From NCBI GenBank assembly GCA_963722385.1, contig CAVRKK010000002.1, forward strand, positions 1,024,001-1,088,000: a stretch of 64,000 nucleotides of DNA. Reading direction: 5' to 3'. Positions within the stretch are counted from its first letter, which is position 1; every line of letters begins with the position of its first letter. The stretch comes from an uncultured bacterium. Lineage in GTDB: Bacteria > Babelota > Babeliae > Babelales > Babelaceae. Both the position numbers and the translations under genes were made by a program. The notes below the pieces were generated by a model, which saw nothing but the letters and a program-made list of their open reading frames with translations, was not told the DNA's origin and searched no databases. Below are positions 26,630 through 36,099 of this stretch, one piece after another.

Positions 26630-28903
26630 TTAAAGATCGTCTACTGATGACTTGTTATCAAAATTGACACTTGCGGTAGCACGATGATGATACTGACGGT
26701 ACTTATAGAATAGAAAAACGGCGCCTATGGTGGCTGCTGTTAAAGCAGTAAGGCCAAGGGGAATACCTACGGTAGTACCTATAATTACTCCGAGAGGTAA
26801 ACTACTACTTGATCCATCACCATCGCCCTGCGAGCTTCCAAGCAAGACTGGTATGAGTGAAACATCATTTGAATAGAGATTAGCGGTGAGTGCATAGGTG
26901 CCACTTGGTGAAAAAGTGATACTGACACAGTGGGTTGAGTTAGCGGGAAGTAAAGATGTTGCTGCTTGTTGTAATGTACCTCCTGTAGCGTTAAAGAAAG
27001 TGACACTGCTCGAATTGCTATTAGCTACCGCGAGATAGTTGCCATTTAATGAAGAAGCAATTGACTGGGGATTCATGGTATTCTGTGGTAACAGATAGGA
27101 ACGACCATCAGCAAGAGTGTCATTGTGTACCGTAAAGATGGTGACATCATTTGACGCGCTATTAGCAGTTGCAAGATAGAGGTTGTTATTGTTAGCAAAA
27201 AAGGTAATTGACTGCGGTTCTGTAGAACCACTTGGAAGAGCATATGAAAGAGCATTGTTTAAATCGCCAGCTGTTACCTTAAAGAGAGTTACATCGCTTG
27301 AATATGCATTTGCTGTTGCAAGATATATCCCTTCTGGAGAAAAAGAAAGACTGACGGGATATAAAGAGCCTGCAGGTAATGGATAAGAAAGGGCATTTTG
27401 TAAAGATCCTTCTACGACGTTAAATACAGTTACATCGTTTGAATCGCTGTTGGCTACTGCAAGATAAAAATCGTTGGGTGCAAATTCTACCGATGCTGGT
27501 TTTGTCGATCCTGCAGGTAAGGTATATGAAATATTTGCCACAAGCTTGTCATTTACTAAGGCAAAGAGTGTTATATCGTGTGAATTACTATTGGCAGTTG
27601 CAACATAGGAATTATTAGTTGAAAAAGCAATAGAAGAGGGATTAAGTGATCCTGAAGGTAGTTTATAGGATATTCCTGATACAGAAGAAGTACTGTTCCT
27701 GGTAAACAAGGTTACATCGCTTGAATTATAGTTTGCTGTAGCAAAATGCTTATTGTTTGATGCAAATGCTATTGAGTCAGGCTGTGTAGAGCCGGGTGGT
27801 AGGTGGTATGAAGTGCTTGTGGTTCGTTCTACTTGAAATATTGTTACATTGTTTGAATTATAATTAGCAGTAGCAAGATATGAACCGTCGGCCGAAAAGG
27901 CTACTGAGTAAGGGTAGGAACTTGGTAATGCATATGACATTGCTCCCGATAACACGCCCCCTGATCCGACCTGGAATATTGTTACATTGGCTGAGCCTAT
28001 ATTAGCAGTAGCAAGATATGAACCATCAGGCGAAAAGGCTACTGAGTAAGACTCACTAGAGCCACTTGGTAATGCATATGAAACTGCCCCCGACAATGCT
28101 CCACCGGCGCCAACTTGGAATATCGTCACGTCACTTGAACCGTAGTTAGCGGTAGCAAGATATAATCCATTGGGCGAAAATGCTACTGAAGAAGGGGAGG
28201 TAGAACCGGTAGGTAATGCATATGAAACTGCCCCAGCCAATACTCCACCGGCGCCAACTTGGAATATTGTTACATCATTTGAGCTCGCATTAGCAGTAGC
28301 AAGATATGATCCATCGGGCGAAAATGCTACTGTCCAGGGAGAGCTAGAACCACTTGGTAATGCATATGAAACTGGTCCAACCAATACTCCACCTGCACCA
28401 ACTTGGAATATCGTTACGTCATTTGAGCCCTCATTAGCAGTAGCAAGATATGATCCATCGGGTGAAAACGCTACTGATAAAGGATCACTAGAACCGCTTG
28501 GTAATGCATATGATACTGCTCCCGATAACACACCTCCTGCTCCAACCTGGAATATAGTTACATTGGCTGAGTCGGAATTAGCAGTAGCAAGATATGAATC
28601 ATCGGGTGAAAAGGTTACTGAGTAAGGCGCGCTAGAACCGCTTGGTAATGCATATGATACTGCTCCCGATAACACACCTCCTGCTCCAACCTGGAATATA
28701 GTTACATTGGCTGAGTAGAAATTAGCAGTAGCAAGATATGAATCATCGGGCGAAAATGCTACTGAATTAGGATTTATAGAACCGCTTGGTAATGCATAAG
28801 TGGATGCTCCTGATAAAGTTACCGCGTTGGCATGTATGCTTGTTAAAATGGTCAGAACTGCGCTGAGCAGAAGAGTGTAAAAATGACCTATGTGTAATGA
28901 CAT
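26630..28903 (-). CDS. Signal-peptide double beta-propeller with C-terminal TM anchor, copy 2
   Basis: Same architecture as 22021-24303; identical leader and near-identical C-terminal half; start MSLHIGH at 28903. Confidence 0.9.
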   Translation of the reverse strand: MSLHIGHFYTLLLSAVLTILTSIHANAVTLSGASTYALPSGSINPNSVAFSPDDSYLATANFYSANVTIFQVGAGGVLSGAVSYALPSGSSAPYSVTFSPDDSYLATANSDSANVTIFQVGAGGVLSGAVSYALPSGSSDPLSVAFSPDGSYLATANEGSNDVTIFQVGAGGVLVGPVSYALPSGSSSPWTVAFSPDGSYLATANASSNDVTIFQVGAGGVLAGAVSYALPTGSTSPSSVAFSPNGLYLATANYGSSDVTIFQVGAGGALSGAVSYALPSGSSESYSVAFSPDGSYLATANIGSANVTIFQVGSGGVLSGAMSYALPSSYPYSVAFSADGSYLATANYNSNNVTIFQVERTTSTSYHLPPGSTQPDSIAFASNNKHFATANYNSSDVTLFTRNSTSSVSGISYKLPSGSLNPSSIAFSTNNSYVATANSNSHDITLFALVNDKLVANISYTLPAGSTKPASVEFAPNDFYLAVANSDSNDVTVFNVVEGSLQNALSYPLPAGSLYPVSLSFSPEGIYLATANAYSSDVTLFKVTAGDLNNALSYALPSGSTEPQSITFFANNNNLYLATANSASNDVTIFTVHNDTLADGRSYLLPQNTMNPQSIASSLNGNYLAVANSNSSSVTFFNATGGTLQQAATSLLPANSTHCVSITFSPSGTYALTANLYSNDVSLIPVLLGSSQGDGDGSSSSLPLGVIIGTTVGIPLGLTALTAATIGAVFLFYKYRQYHHRATASVNFDNKSSVDDL

Positions 28904-29097
28904 ATTATCAGGCCCCTTATTTTTTGAATTTAAGTTAGTAAAGAGCATAAATGACATTTAAGATATTAGCAATCTACGTTTTGCTTGAGGTCTACACTTC
29001 CTCTTCAAAAATGGTATTTTGAAAGGTTTAACGAGCTTCTTTTGCTATATAGCTTTTGTTAAATGCTTGCAAAGACACAAAAGCGGGATAGCAATGA

Positions 29098-29266
29098 TAA
29101 AAATCTGTTAAAAAATTGAGCAAAGAATATTGTTTATTCTACTGATAATTGCGAAAGTACGTATGTACCAACCGCCATAACCGTGTCACGTAGGCAATGT
29201 CATAAAAAGGCCCCATGGTCACTAAATTTACGACGATAACCATAAGCCATCTAGCTGCAACGAGCT
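29098..29266 (-). pseudogene. Degenerate 3' fragment of the DoxX-like gene plus its downstream flank
   Basis: Aligns to 21205-21375 with substitutions and a 1-bp deletion (CACGTACGGC vs CACGTAGGC). Confidence 0.85.
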
Positions 29267-29292
29267 CCTCCCTGAAATAGCAAGTATAATGC

Positions 29293-30423
29293 TCAAGGAA
29301 TTTGCCGAGCTTGACGATCTGCTGCATAAAAATCGCTAAGCCAGGTATTCAAAAATGCTACCAATGGCTCAATCTGCCCATTAAGTGCCGAGACAACAAC
29401 ATGAGGGCTGTAGCGAGCAATCTGGCTCTTAAGCTCTTCTAGGTTAGCTTTATCAGCTTTGTTGAATACATACAACATGGGCTTATCGATCTTAAGCTCC
29501 TCAAGCACGCTCTGTACAACCAGACAATGCTCTTGCCAGTTGGGATTTGAAATATCGACCACATGCAGTAATAAGCTAGCATATTCCAATTCTGAAAGTG
29601 TCGACTTAAACGCATTAACCAGATGATGGGGTAATTGTTGAATAAATCCAACGGTATCCGAAATAAGAGCTTTTTTGCTATCAACATATAATTCCCGCGT
29701 AGCGGTATCGAGCGTTGAAAAGAGCTTATTTTCGGCCAACACCTCACTTTTAGTGAGTGCGTTGAGAATTGTTGACTTGCCAGCGTTGGTGTAACCCACT
29801 AAGCAGAGAAGGGGGATCTGGCTTGCAATACGCTTTTTTCGTTGTGTCGCGCGAATTTGCTCAAGATGCGCAAGGTCTTTTTTGAGCTTGACCATAATAC
29901 GCTCAAGATGTTGCGTCTCTTTCTCTTTCTGCGTTTCACCTGGGCCGCGTGTGCCGATACGCCCAGCCTGTTGGGACATAGATACACCCTGACCAGCCAA
30001 ATGGGCCTTCTCATATTGAAAACGTGCAAGCGCTACTTGCTTTTTCCCTTCAGCCGATACAGCCCCGCGCTCAAAAATCTCAAGAATAAGCAACGTGCGG
30101 TCAATAATCGAACAGCCGAGCGTATTAGCAAGATTGCGTCCTTGCATAACCGATAACGGTTCTGAAAAGATTACCTCTTCTATCTTCTTCTCTGAACAGA
30201 GCTTTGCCAAGTCATCCAACTTACCTTTGGTAATAAAAGTGGCAGGCTCAATCTGACGAAGCTTGATATACACTTCTTCATCATAATCACGCCCGCTTGA
30301 ATGAACGAGGCTGCGAAACTCTTCCCAATAGGATTGTATGTCTTTAAGCGGGTTATCAGGTGCTTGTATGCCGACGATAAGGGTGCGTGGGCGAGGAGCC
30401 AGAGCGGGTATTAGGTTTTTCAT
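29293..30423 (-). CDS. hflX: GTPase HflX
   Basis: DRTLLILEIF, GIGTRGPGET-like motif, VGYTNAGKST, LFSTLD, DTVGFI, FKSTL.E, NKAD. Confidence 0.97.
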   Translation of the reverse strand: MKNLIPALAPRPRTLIVGIQAPDNPLKDIQSYWEEFRSLVHSSGRDYDEEVYIKLRQIEPATFITKGKLDDLAKLCSEKKIEEVIFSEPLSVMQGRNLANTLGCSIIDRTLLILEIFERGAVSAEGKKQVALARFQYEKAHLAGQGVSMSQQAGRIGTRGPGETQKEKETQHLERIMVKLKKDLAHLEQIRATQRKKRIASQIPLLCLVGYTNAGKSTILNALTKSEVLAENKLFSTLDTATRELYVDSKKALISDTVGFIQQLPHHLVNAFKSTLSELEYASLLLHVVDISNPNWQEHCLVVQSVLEELKIDKPMLYVFNKADKANLEELKSQIARYSPHVVVSALNGQIEPLVAFLNTWLSDFYAADRQARQIP

Positions 30424-30516
30424 GGGTCAAAGTTGCTTAATGCATCGTTTAAGGGTATTCTTCGTAAGTCGAGTAGCGCACTAAGTATAAAACAAAAAAA
30501 CTAATTTTGATATACC

Positions 30517-30939
30517 ATGTCTAGATTTCAGCGCCGCCATCTTTTTTTGACCATAGGCTGCTTTATTATTGATCTCTTTTTGATTGGTCTTCAAAGCCAG
30601 CCTATCGTTTTCCCCACGCTGATCAATTATCAGGCGCTTCTTTGGTTTTCGAACATGCGCCTCTTGCAAGGTATAAGCGCTTTGAGCTTGATTATCATAG
30701 CCCATCTTTATGGCTGCCTCGCATATCGTGAGCTCTTTTTTGTGTCGGGGGCTGCCGTCAGCGCTCTCCTCTTGAAGCAAGTGCTTCAGGAATCTAAGCT
30801 TGTTGTTTTTGCCTTTACGGGCTTATTTTATCTTGTACATGCGAGCCTTATGGAGCTTTCAATTGCCTGGACGAGTTTTGCGTTTTGTGCTAACATTATT
30901 CTTATGTATAGTATACTAAGTTACCAAGACGTACGGTAG
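30517..30939 (+). CDS. Hypothetical multi-pass membrane protein
   Basis: 140-aa hydrophobic ORF divergent from hflX, with an ATG start; no family recognised. Confidence 0.6.
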   Translation: MSRFQRRHLFLTIGCFIIDLFLIGLQSQPIVFPTLINYQALLWFSNMRLLQGISALSLIIIAHLYGCLAYRELFFVSGAAVSALLLKQVLQESKLVVFAFTGLFYLVHASLMELSIAWTSFAFCANIILMYSILSYQDVR

Positions 30940-31283
30940 ATGGGCAATCGCGCAAGGAAGACCGCTTCCTGGTGAGGAAAGTCCGGACTCCTAACGAGTA
31001 AGTTGCCGTGGGATAACCGCGGGGAGGCGCATCGGAAGGTGCCCTTACGGAAAGTGTCACAGAAAATAACCGCCAGATCCTTATAGGGCTCTGGTAAGGG
31101 TGAAAACGGGTGGTAAGAGCACCCGAGCATAGCGAGTAATCGCTCTGCAGGACAAACCCCAACTGGAGCAAGATAAAACAGTGCGTTCGTTACTCGTTCG
31201 GCAATACGCACGGGTATATCGCCTAGATAAATGGTTGCCACTGTTATCAGCACAGAATCCGGCTTATAGTCTGCCGTACGTCT
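30927..31283 (+). ncRNA. rnpB: RNase P RNA (type A-like)
   Basis: GAGGAAAGTCCGGACTC, AAGTGTCACAGAAA, GGGTGAAACGG-like GGTAAGAGC, ACAGAATCCGGCTTATA; terminal P1 helix AGACGTACGGTAGA/TCTGCCGTACGTCT. Confidence 0.95.
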
Positions 31284-31305
31284 CTTCTAATCCTAGGTTC
31301 GCTTT

Positions 31306-31986
31306 ATGACTCGCTATTTTTGGCTTATGCCTTTTTTTTGCTTCATAGGCGGTTACTATACAATTGCCTTTTTCATGGGGTCACAAACCATAGAAACGCC
31401 TGCATTTACGGGGCAGTCATTGCATGACGTTGTAGCTAACTTAGCCGCTTGCCGGTTAAGTATGCGCATTTTGGGTACGGTTGAGGAGCCAACGTTGCCC
31501 GATGGAACGGTTATCAGTCAAAATCCACTTGCCGGCCAAAAAATCAAATTTTATCAACCGGTGGGCATTATCATTTCCCGTGCGCCACCTGCGCTGCTTG
31601 CGCCCGATTTTAGGGGCATGACCAAAGAGAATATTCTCGAGTGTGCGCAAGCGATCGGTGCTCGCGTAAAATTTTATTGGTGCCCGAGCTTTTCCTCTCT
31701 CAATAACTGTATAGCCCAATTCCCCTCAGCAGGTTGTTCCTTGCCCACGAAAACCATCTTTGCTTACCTCTCATCTGGTTTAACGCCGTTACGCCTTGTT
31801 CCTGATTTTTGTGGAAAAACGCACAGCGAAGTTGAAGAGTTCCTCAAGCAACATGGCATGGTGGTTGAAATATTGCCTGGTGCACAATCGAATGCCCCGG
31901 GAATTATTATGGCGCAGAAGCCCCCCGCGGGTTCGTTTATTGATATAAACACGCAGAAGATTGTCCAGCTTTACGTGAGCAATTAG
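31306..31986 (+). CDS. PASTA-domain protein with N-terminal TM anchor
   Basis: Three repeats P.F.G.......VISQNP.AG / PDFRG..IAQFP.AG / VPDFCG..MAQKPPAG. Confidence 0.88.
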   Translation: MTRYFWLMPFFCFIGGYYTIAFFMGSQTIETPAFTGQSLHDVVANLAACRLSMRILGTVEEPTLPDGTVISQNPLAGQKIKFYQPVGIIISRAPPALLAPDFRGMTKENILECAQAIGARVKFYWCPSFSSLNNCIAQFPSAGCSLPTKTIFAYLSSGLTPLRLVPDFCGKTHSEVEEFLKQHGMVVEILPGAQSNAPGIIMAQKPPAGSFIDINTQKIVQLYVSN

Positions 31987-32795
31987 CGGCCAAACGTGCG
32001 CGTTCTGTTTGCAAAGGTGACAATTGCTTGCTTAAGATCTTCTGCGGTTATTTCTGGCCAATAGCAATCAAGAAAACAAAGCTCGCTATATGCTGATTGG
32101 TAGGGCAAGAAATTGCTCAGCCGTTTCATGCGGCCGGTGCGAATAATTAAGTCGCACGGCCGGGATGTTGGCAGTCCATAACTGCTCTTCAAAGATGTGG
32201 GGAGTAATGTCTTCGGGCTTAAGATCCCTTCCTGCACCGCGCGTGCGATTATGCGTACAGCGTTGATGATTTCTTGCTGGCCTCCATAGCAAAACAAAAT
32301 AGAGAGGGTGAGCTTGGAAGCCTTACGGGTCTTTTCTTCTATGTCGTTGATAACCGGTAATAATTGATCAGGAAAGAGTTTTCTATCGCCGACAAACCGC
32401 ACGCATACGCCTTGCTTAAGAAGCTCGTTAAGCTCATTGCTTGCAATTTCTTGAGCGAGGGTATTAAACAAGAAGTCAAGCTCTTGTTGTGGCCGCTTGA
32501 AGTTTTCGAGCGAAAAAGCATAGAGGGTCAGGTAAGGGATTTTGTGTTCGAGGCAAAATTTGATCGTTCTCTTGACAGGCTCGACACCTGAGCGATGACC
32601 AAGCCAAGGGGCAAGCCCGAGCCGACGTGCCCAGCGGCGGTTGCCATCCATGATAATGCCTAGATGGGTAAGGTGATGGTTCTCTAAGGTTTTATCAGGC
32701 GACAAGCTTGTCTGGGTTGCGTTAAGGTGCAACTTCCATCCTATATAGCAGGAGCCAACCAAGCAAAGGGTAAGTATCAATATGATTTTTTTCAT
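31983..32795 (-). CDS. uppS: Undecaprenyl diphosphate synthase (cis-prenyltransferase)
   Basis: HLGIIMDGNRRWA, TLYAFSLENFKRP, YGGQQEI, DLIIRTG..RLSNFLPYQSAYSEL. Confidence 0.95.
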   Translation of the reverse strand: MKKIILILTLCLVGSCYIGWKLHLNATQTSLSPDKTLENHHLTHLGIIMDGNRRWARRLGLAPWLGHRSGVEPVKRTIKFCLEHKIPYLTLYAFSLENFKRPQQELDFLFNTLAQEIASNELNELLKQGVCVRFVGDRKLFPDQLLPVINDIEEKTRKASKLTLSILFCYGGQQEIINAVRIIARAVQEGILSPKTLLPTSLKSSYGLPTSRPCDLIIRTGRMKRLSNFLPYQSAYSELCFLDCYWPEITAEDLKQAIVTFANRTRTFGR

Positions 32796-33550
32796 AAGCT
32801 AAATTTAAAAATACGGTTTAACCAAAAAAGACTGTCAACTCTGTGATGCTTTAAGAAAGTTTGTACATACTCATAGGCAGAAAAAGCTTGCTCAGTGACC
32901 ATGCTCAGAAGAACCGTACCGGTTGCCAACAAAAGCCTTTCTGCGCAGGCAAGCGGTATAAGGGCAAGCCAAAACTCAGGGGTTGTTGGGTGAGTATAGA
33001 GCCATATAACTGAGCCTACTGCATGAGTGATGAGTGTGCCGGCCAGTGCGTGAATGAACACATTTCTTGTTTTAAGCCAGGGAATAAGAGCAGGAGCGAT
33101 CCACAAGGCCGTGTAGGGTAGCGCTGTGCTGCCTACCTTATGGCACCCGAAGGCGATGATACAGGCTACGACAAGCGAGCTTGCCAAGAAGGCATGGAGC
33201 TTATGCTGCTCTCGGTTTGCCTGGTAGGGCGCGCTACTGGCCATATAGAGGCTTCCTAAAAAACTTGGAACATGATATACTAACAAATTAGGTATAATTA
33301 TTATGAATGCCTTATGAGTGAGGGCTTTGTATCCTATCTGCGCGATAGCGTACAGGATGCTTGATCGTATACAACCAAATCTACCAACTAATGGTGTAAA
33401 GCACTGGGCTGTGGTGAAGAACGCAGCTTGTGTTCCTACGATAGAGCTGATCTTGTAAGAGGCAAGAGCTTGACCCGCGCTTACTAAAGCGATTGATGAG
33501 ATGGTTCGTTTAATTAAATTAAGCATGGTATTTGTGCGCAAGCCTTGCAT
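32792..33550 (-). CDS. Hypothetical integral membrane protein (possibly ECF S-component-like)
   Basis: Six to seven hydrophobic segments; stop/start overlap with uppS; family call is tentative. Confidence 0.6.
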   Translation of the reverse strand: MQGLRTNTMLNLIKRTISSIALVSAGQALASYKISSIVGTQAAFFTTAQCFTPLVGRFGCIRSSILYAIAQIGYKALTHKAFIIIIPNLLVYHVPSFLGSLYMASSAPYQANREQHKLHAFLASSLVVACIIAFGCHKVGSTALPYTALWIAPALIPWLKTRNVFIHALAGTLITHAVGSVIWLYTHPTTPEFWLALIPLACAERLLLATGTVLLSMVTEQAFSAYEYVQTFLKHHRVDSLFWLNRIFKFSL

Positions 33551-33594
33551 TTGTAGATAAAAGTTAATTATGGATACTTATAGTTTAATGTAAT

Positions 33595-34278
33595 ATGGTT
33601 AAGGAAGGAAGCATGAGATATAAAGCAGTTATTTTTGATATGGATGGCACTATTGTTGATACCGAGCGAATTTGGCAAAAAACGGATCAGGTTCTTATTG
33701 AGCGCCGCGGTATAGCATATAGTCCCTTGCTCAAGGAGGAGCTGCATCGGCGGACGCGGGGCTTAGGGACGCGAAAATATTGCTCTATTATTAAAGAAAT
33801 ATTAGGATTGCCTGAGCCGGTTGATCAGCTGGCGCGTGAAAGCACAGCTATAGCTTTAAGCTTATACCGAGACGGGATTGCTTTTATTGACGGTTTTAAA
33901 GACTTTTATGAGAAGCTTGCTCGATTGCAGGTTTATAAGGCTATTGCGACCAATGCTGATGATAGCACAATCCAGATTACTGATGAGGCGGTTGGTCTTA
34001 AGAAGCTGTTTGGTAAGCATATTTATGGTGTTTCAGCTGTTGGCTTTGTTTACAAGCCTGATCCTGCCATATATACGCACGCGGCTATGCAACTTGGCTG
34101 CGACCCCGATGAGTGTATCGCTATTGAAGATTCTGCTTTTGGCATTACTGCTGCCCAGAGGGCGGGTATGTTTTGCATCGGCATTAATACCGCGGATGAT
34201 CCAGAAACAGTCAAATCCGCGCATACGGTTGTTCAGCATTACCAGGAAATCGATCTTAAGCAACTTTTGCAGCATTGA
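33595..34278 (+). CDS. HAD-family phosphatase (beta-PGM-like)
   Basis: IFDMDGTIVDTE, ATN, KPDPAIY, IEDS..GI.AA..AGM. Confidence 0.92.
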   Translation: MVKEGSMRYKAVIFDMDGTIVDTERIWQKTDQVLIERRGIAYSPLLKEELHRRTRGLGTRKYCSIIKEILGLPEPVDQLARESTAIALSLYRDGIAFIDGFKDFYEKLARLQVYKAIATNADDSTIQITDEAVGLKKLFGKHIYGVSAVGFVYKPDPAIYTHAAMQLGCDPDECIAIEDSAFGITAAQRAGMFCIGINTADDPETVKSAHTVVQHYQEIDLKQLLQH

Positions 34279-34955
34279 GGAGCTTTATGAGTAGTTGGTA
34301 CGGTCCGGCTTTGCCTTCTAAGGTGGACCCTGAGGCGCTGATTATTGCATTTGATTTACATCGTGTTGTTTTTCATCGCAATTTTTTGGCTACGTTCACG
34401 TACCTCATGCGTTTGCATCATAAAGGCCGTGCCCTAGCCCTCGCGCTCAATCCACGGATCTGGTCAATGGTTATGCAGTTGCGCCAAGAAACGACCGTTG
34501 GGGATGAGATTTTTGATAAGCTTATTGAGCGATACCCATCGCTTGCTCGATTTGAGCAAGATTATATTAACCTCGAAAATACACAAATGCCCGATGGCGC
34601 TGTCGTAGATATTATTCAGGAGCTCAAGCAAAAAAAGTTTACTTTGTATATTCTTTCAAATATTGGCCATCGCGCTTATGCTGACCTTTCAAAAAAATTT
34701 TCTTTTATCTTTAGCCTTTTCGATCATGTTTATTTGCCGACTAAAGCGCATAACTATCTCCAAAAGCCTCACGAGCCTTTTTATCATAATTTTCTTGCTT
34801 ATGCAGCCGAGATGGGTGATGGTGGCAAGCAGGTATTGTTTATCGATGATAAAGTGCCAAATTTAGTGGCAGCGGCACTTTGTGGCATATCGGGCATACA
34901 TTTTTGTTCTGCCCACCAGCTGAAAAATCTTCTTCATAAGCTGTTACTTGTATAA
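34275..34955 (+). CDS. HAD-family hydrolase
   Basis: AFDL, ILSN, QKP...FY, LFIDDK..N. Confidence 0.8.
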   Translation: MRSFMSSWYGPALPSKVDPEALIIAFDLHRVVFHRNFLATFTYLMRLHHKGRALALALNPRIWSMVMQLRQETTVGDEIFDKLIERYPSLARFEQDYINLENTQMPDGAVVDIIQELKQKKFTLYILSNIGHRAYADLSKKFSFIFSLFDHVYLPTKAHNYLQKPHEPFYHNFLAYAAEMGDGGKQVLFIDDKVPNLVAAALCGISGIHFCSAHQLKNLLHKLLLV

Positions 34956-34998
34956 TGTTTTGTCTGCTAGGTAGACTGAGCACTCAGAACCAAAAGTT

Positions 34999-35027
34999 TT
35001 GACGTTCTTAAACTCTTTTAATACAGT
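34999..35027 (+). promoter_or_regulatory. Putative sigma70 promoter of the ankyrin gene
   Basis: TTGACG-17bp-TACAGT; a similar TTGACG-17bp-TAAATT precedes the paralog at 36160-36188. Confidence 0.55.
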
Positions 35028-35073
35028 GAAAGTGAGTGTCAGCGTTTTATTGTTATAACCTGGAGGGGTTTGT

Positions 35074-36045
35074 ATGAAGCTCAAGAGTTATTCGCGCCAT
35101 ATCTGCGGCGCCCTACTTTTTATGATGGCTGGTGGGGGATCATTTAATACAAGAGCGAATCCGGAGGACGAAAATTTTCCCTATGCATTACATGAAGCTA
35201 TAGCAATAAAGGATACAGCGAATGTTAAAGCATTGTTAGAAGCCATGGATAAAGATACGGCGAGAACGCAAATTAATACTCGGGATGACCGAGGTAGAAC
35301 AGCACTACATAGAGCGGCAGAAGTAGGCTCCGATGACATAATTAAACTGCTGACGGAAAATGGTGCTGACATAAACGCACGCGATAATGAGGATAACACG
35401 CCTTTGCATACGGCAATTGTTGAATCTCGGTATGATGCCATACTGACGTTGCTGCAAGCAGAGAATCTTAATGTTAATGCTGCTAACAAAGGGGGACAGA
35501 CAGCGCTTGATCTTTTAGAGCTTAAGGACGGTAGCGAAGCGGTTCAATCACTCATCGAGACGCTCAAGATGAAAGGCGCTAAAAAATTTGTTGAACTTTC
35601 GGCATCCCTGAGGGCGAGTGATTTTTATCTTTACGAAGAAGAGAAGTTAAATGAAGATCTTGGCGATGAAGATTCTGATGTTGAGAAAACTGTTTATTAT
35701 GAGACAACGAGCTTTACCGATATAGTTAGCGGGGACCCTTCAAAGGGTGATGAGGCTGTTGAATGGGTAGCAAGGAATAAGGCGCCAAAAGGTTTCCCTG
35801 CGCCTGATAGAGAAGGGTACGGGAAAACTCCTAAAGTAAGGAAAAAGATCGTATTTGATTTCGAAGAAAAAAAAGCATGCTGGCGCTCATGCTTGAGCTG
35901 GTCGCCGGTAATGGCAGCTGGAGCTTTTGCTGTTGGCTTGATTGCTTATGCGGCGAAGTTAGCGCGTGATGCTTCTCATGATATTGCGGAAAAATTAGCT
36001 GGCCAAAAGCAAGAGAGCAAAAAGGGCCAAGTTAAGACATCTTAA
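35074..36045 (+). CDS. Signal-peptide ankyrin-repeat protein with C-terminal hydrophobic helix
   Basis: GRTALHRAA, GADINARD, NTPLHTAI, GQTALD. Confidence 0.92.
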   Translation: MKLKSYSRHICGALLFMMAGGGSFNTRANPEDENFPYALHEAIAIKDTANVKALLEAMDKDTARTQINTRDDRGRTALHRAAEVGSDDIIKLLTENGADINARDNEDNTPLHTAIVESRYDAILTLLQAENLNVNAANKGGQTALDLLELKDGSEAVQSLIETLKMKGAKKFVELSASLRASDFYLYEEEKLNEDLGDEDSDVEKTVYYETTSFTDIVSGDPSKGDEAVEWVARNKAPKGFPAPDREGYGKTPKVRKKIVFDFEEKKACWRSCLSWSPVMAAGAFAVGLIAYAAKLARDASHDIAEKLAGQKQESKKGQVKTS

Positions 36046-36074
36046 AACTTGTCACGCATGTTTTGGTAAACGGA

Positions 36075-36099
36075 AAAGGGCCCCTTTATCGGGGCTCTT
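36075..36099 (+). terminator. Possible intrinsic terminator hairpin
   Basis: AAGGGCCCC-TTTATC-GGGGCTCTT, 30 bp after the stop codon; weak U-tract. Confidence 0.45.

Noticed and set aside
22021..28903. Diversity-generating retroelement as the source of propeller variation
   Set aside because: No reverse transcriptase or non-coding template repeat in the window, and differences include synonymous changes across all blades. A remote trans-acting element cannot be fully excluded.
28904..28957. 18-aa N-terminal extension of propeller copy 2
   Set aside because: It arises from a 2-bp indel in an upstream T-run relative to copy 1; the shared MSLHIGH start is more plausible.
30902..31253. Minus-strand ORFs at 30902-31171 and 30921-31253
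   Set aside because: Antisense to the RNase P RNA gene.
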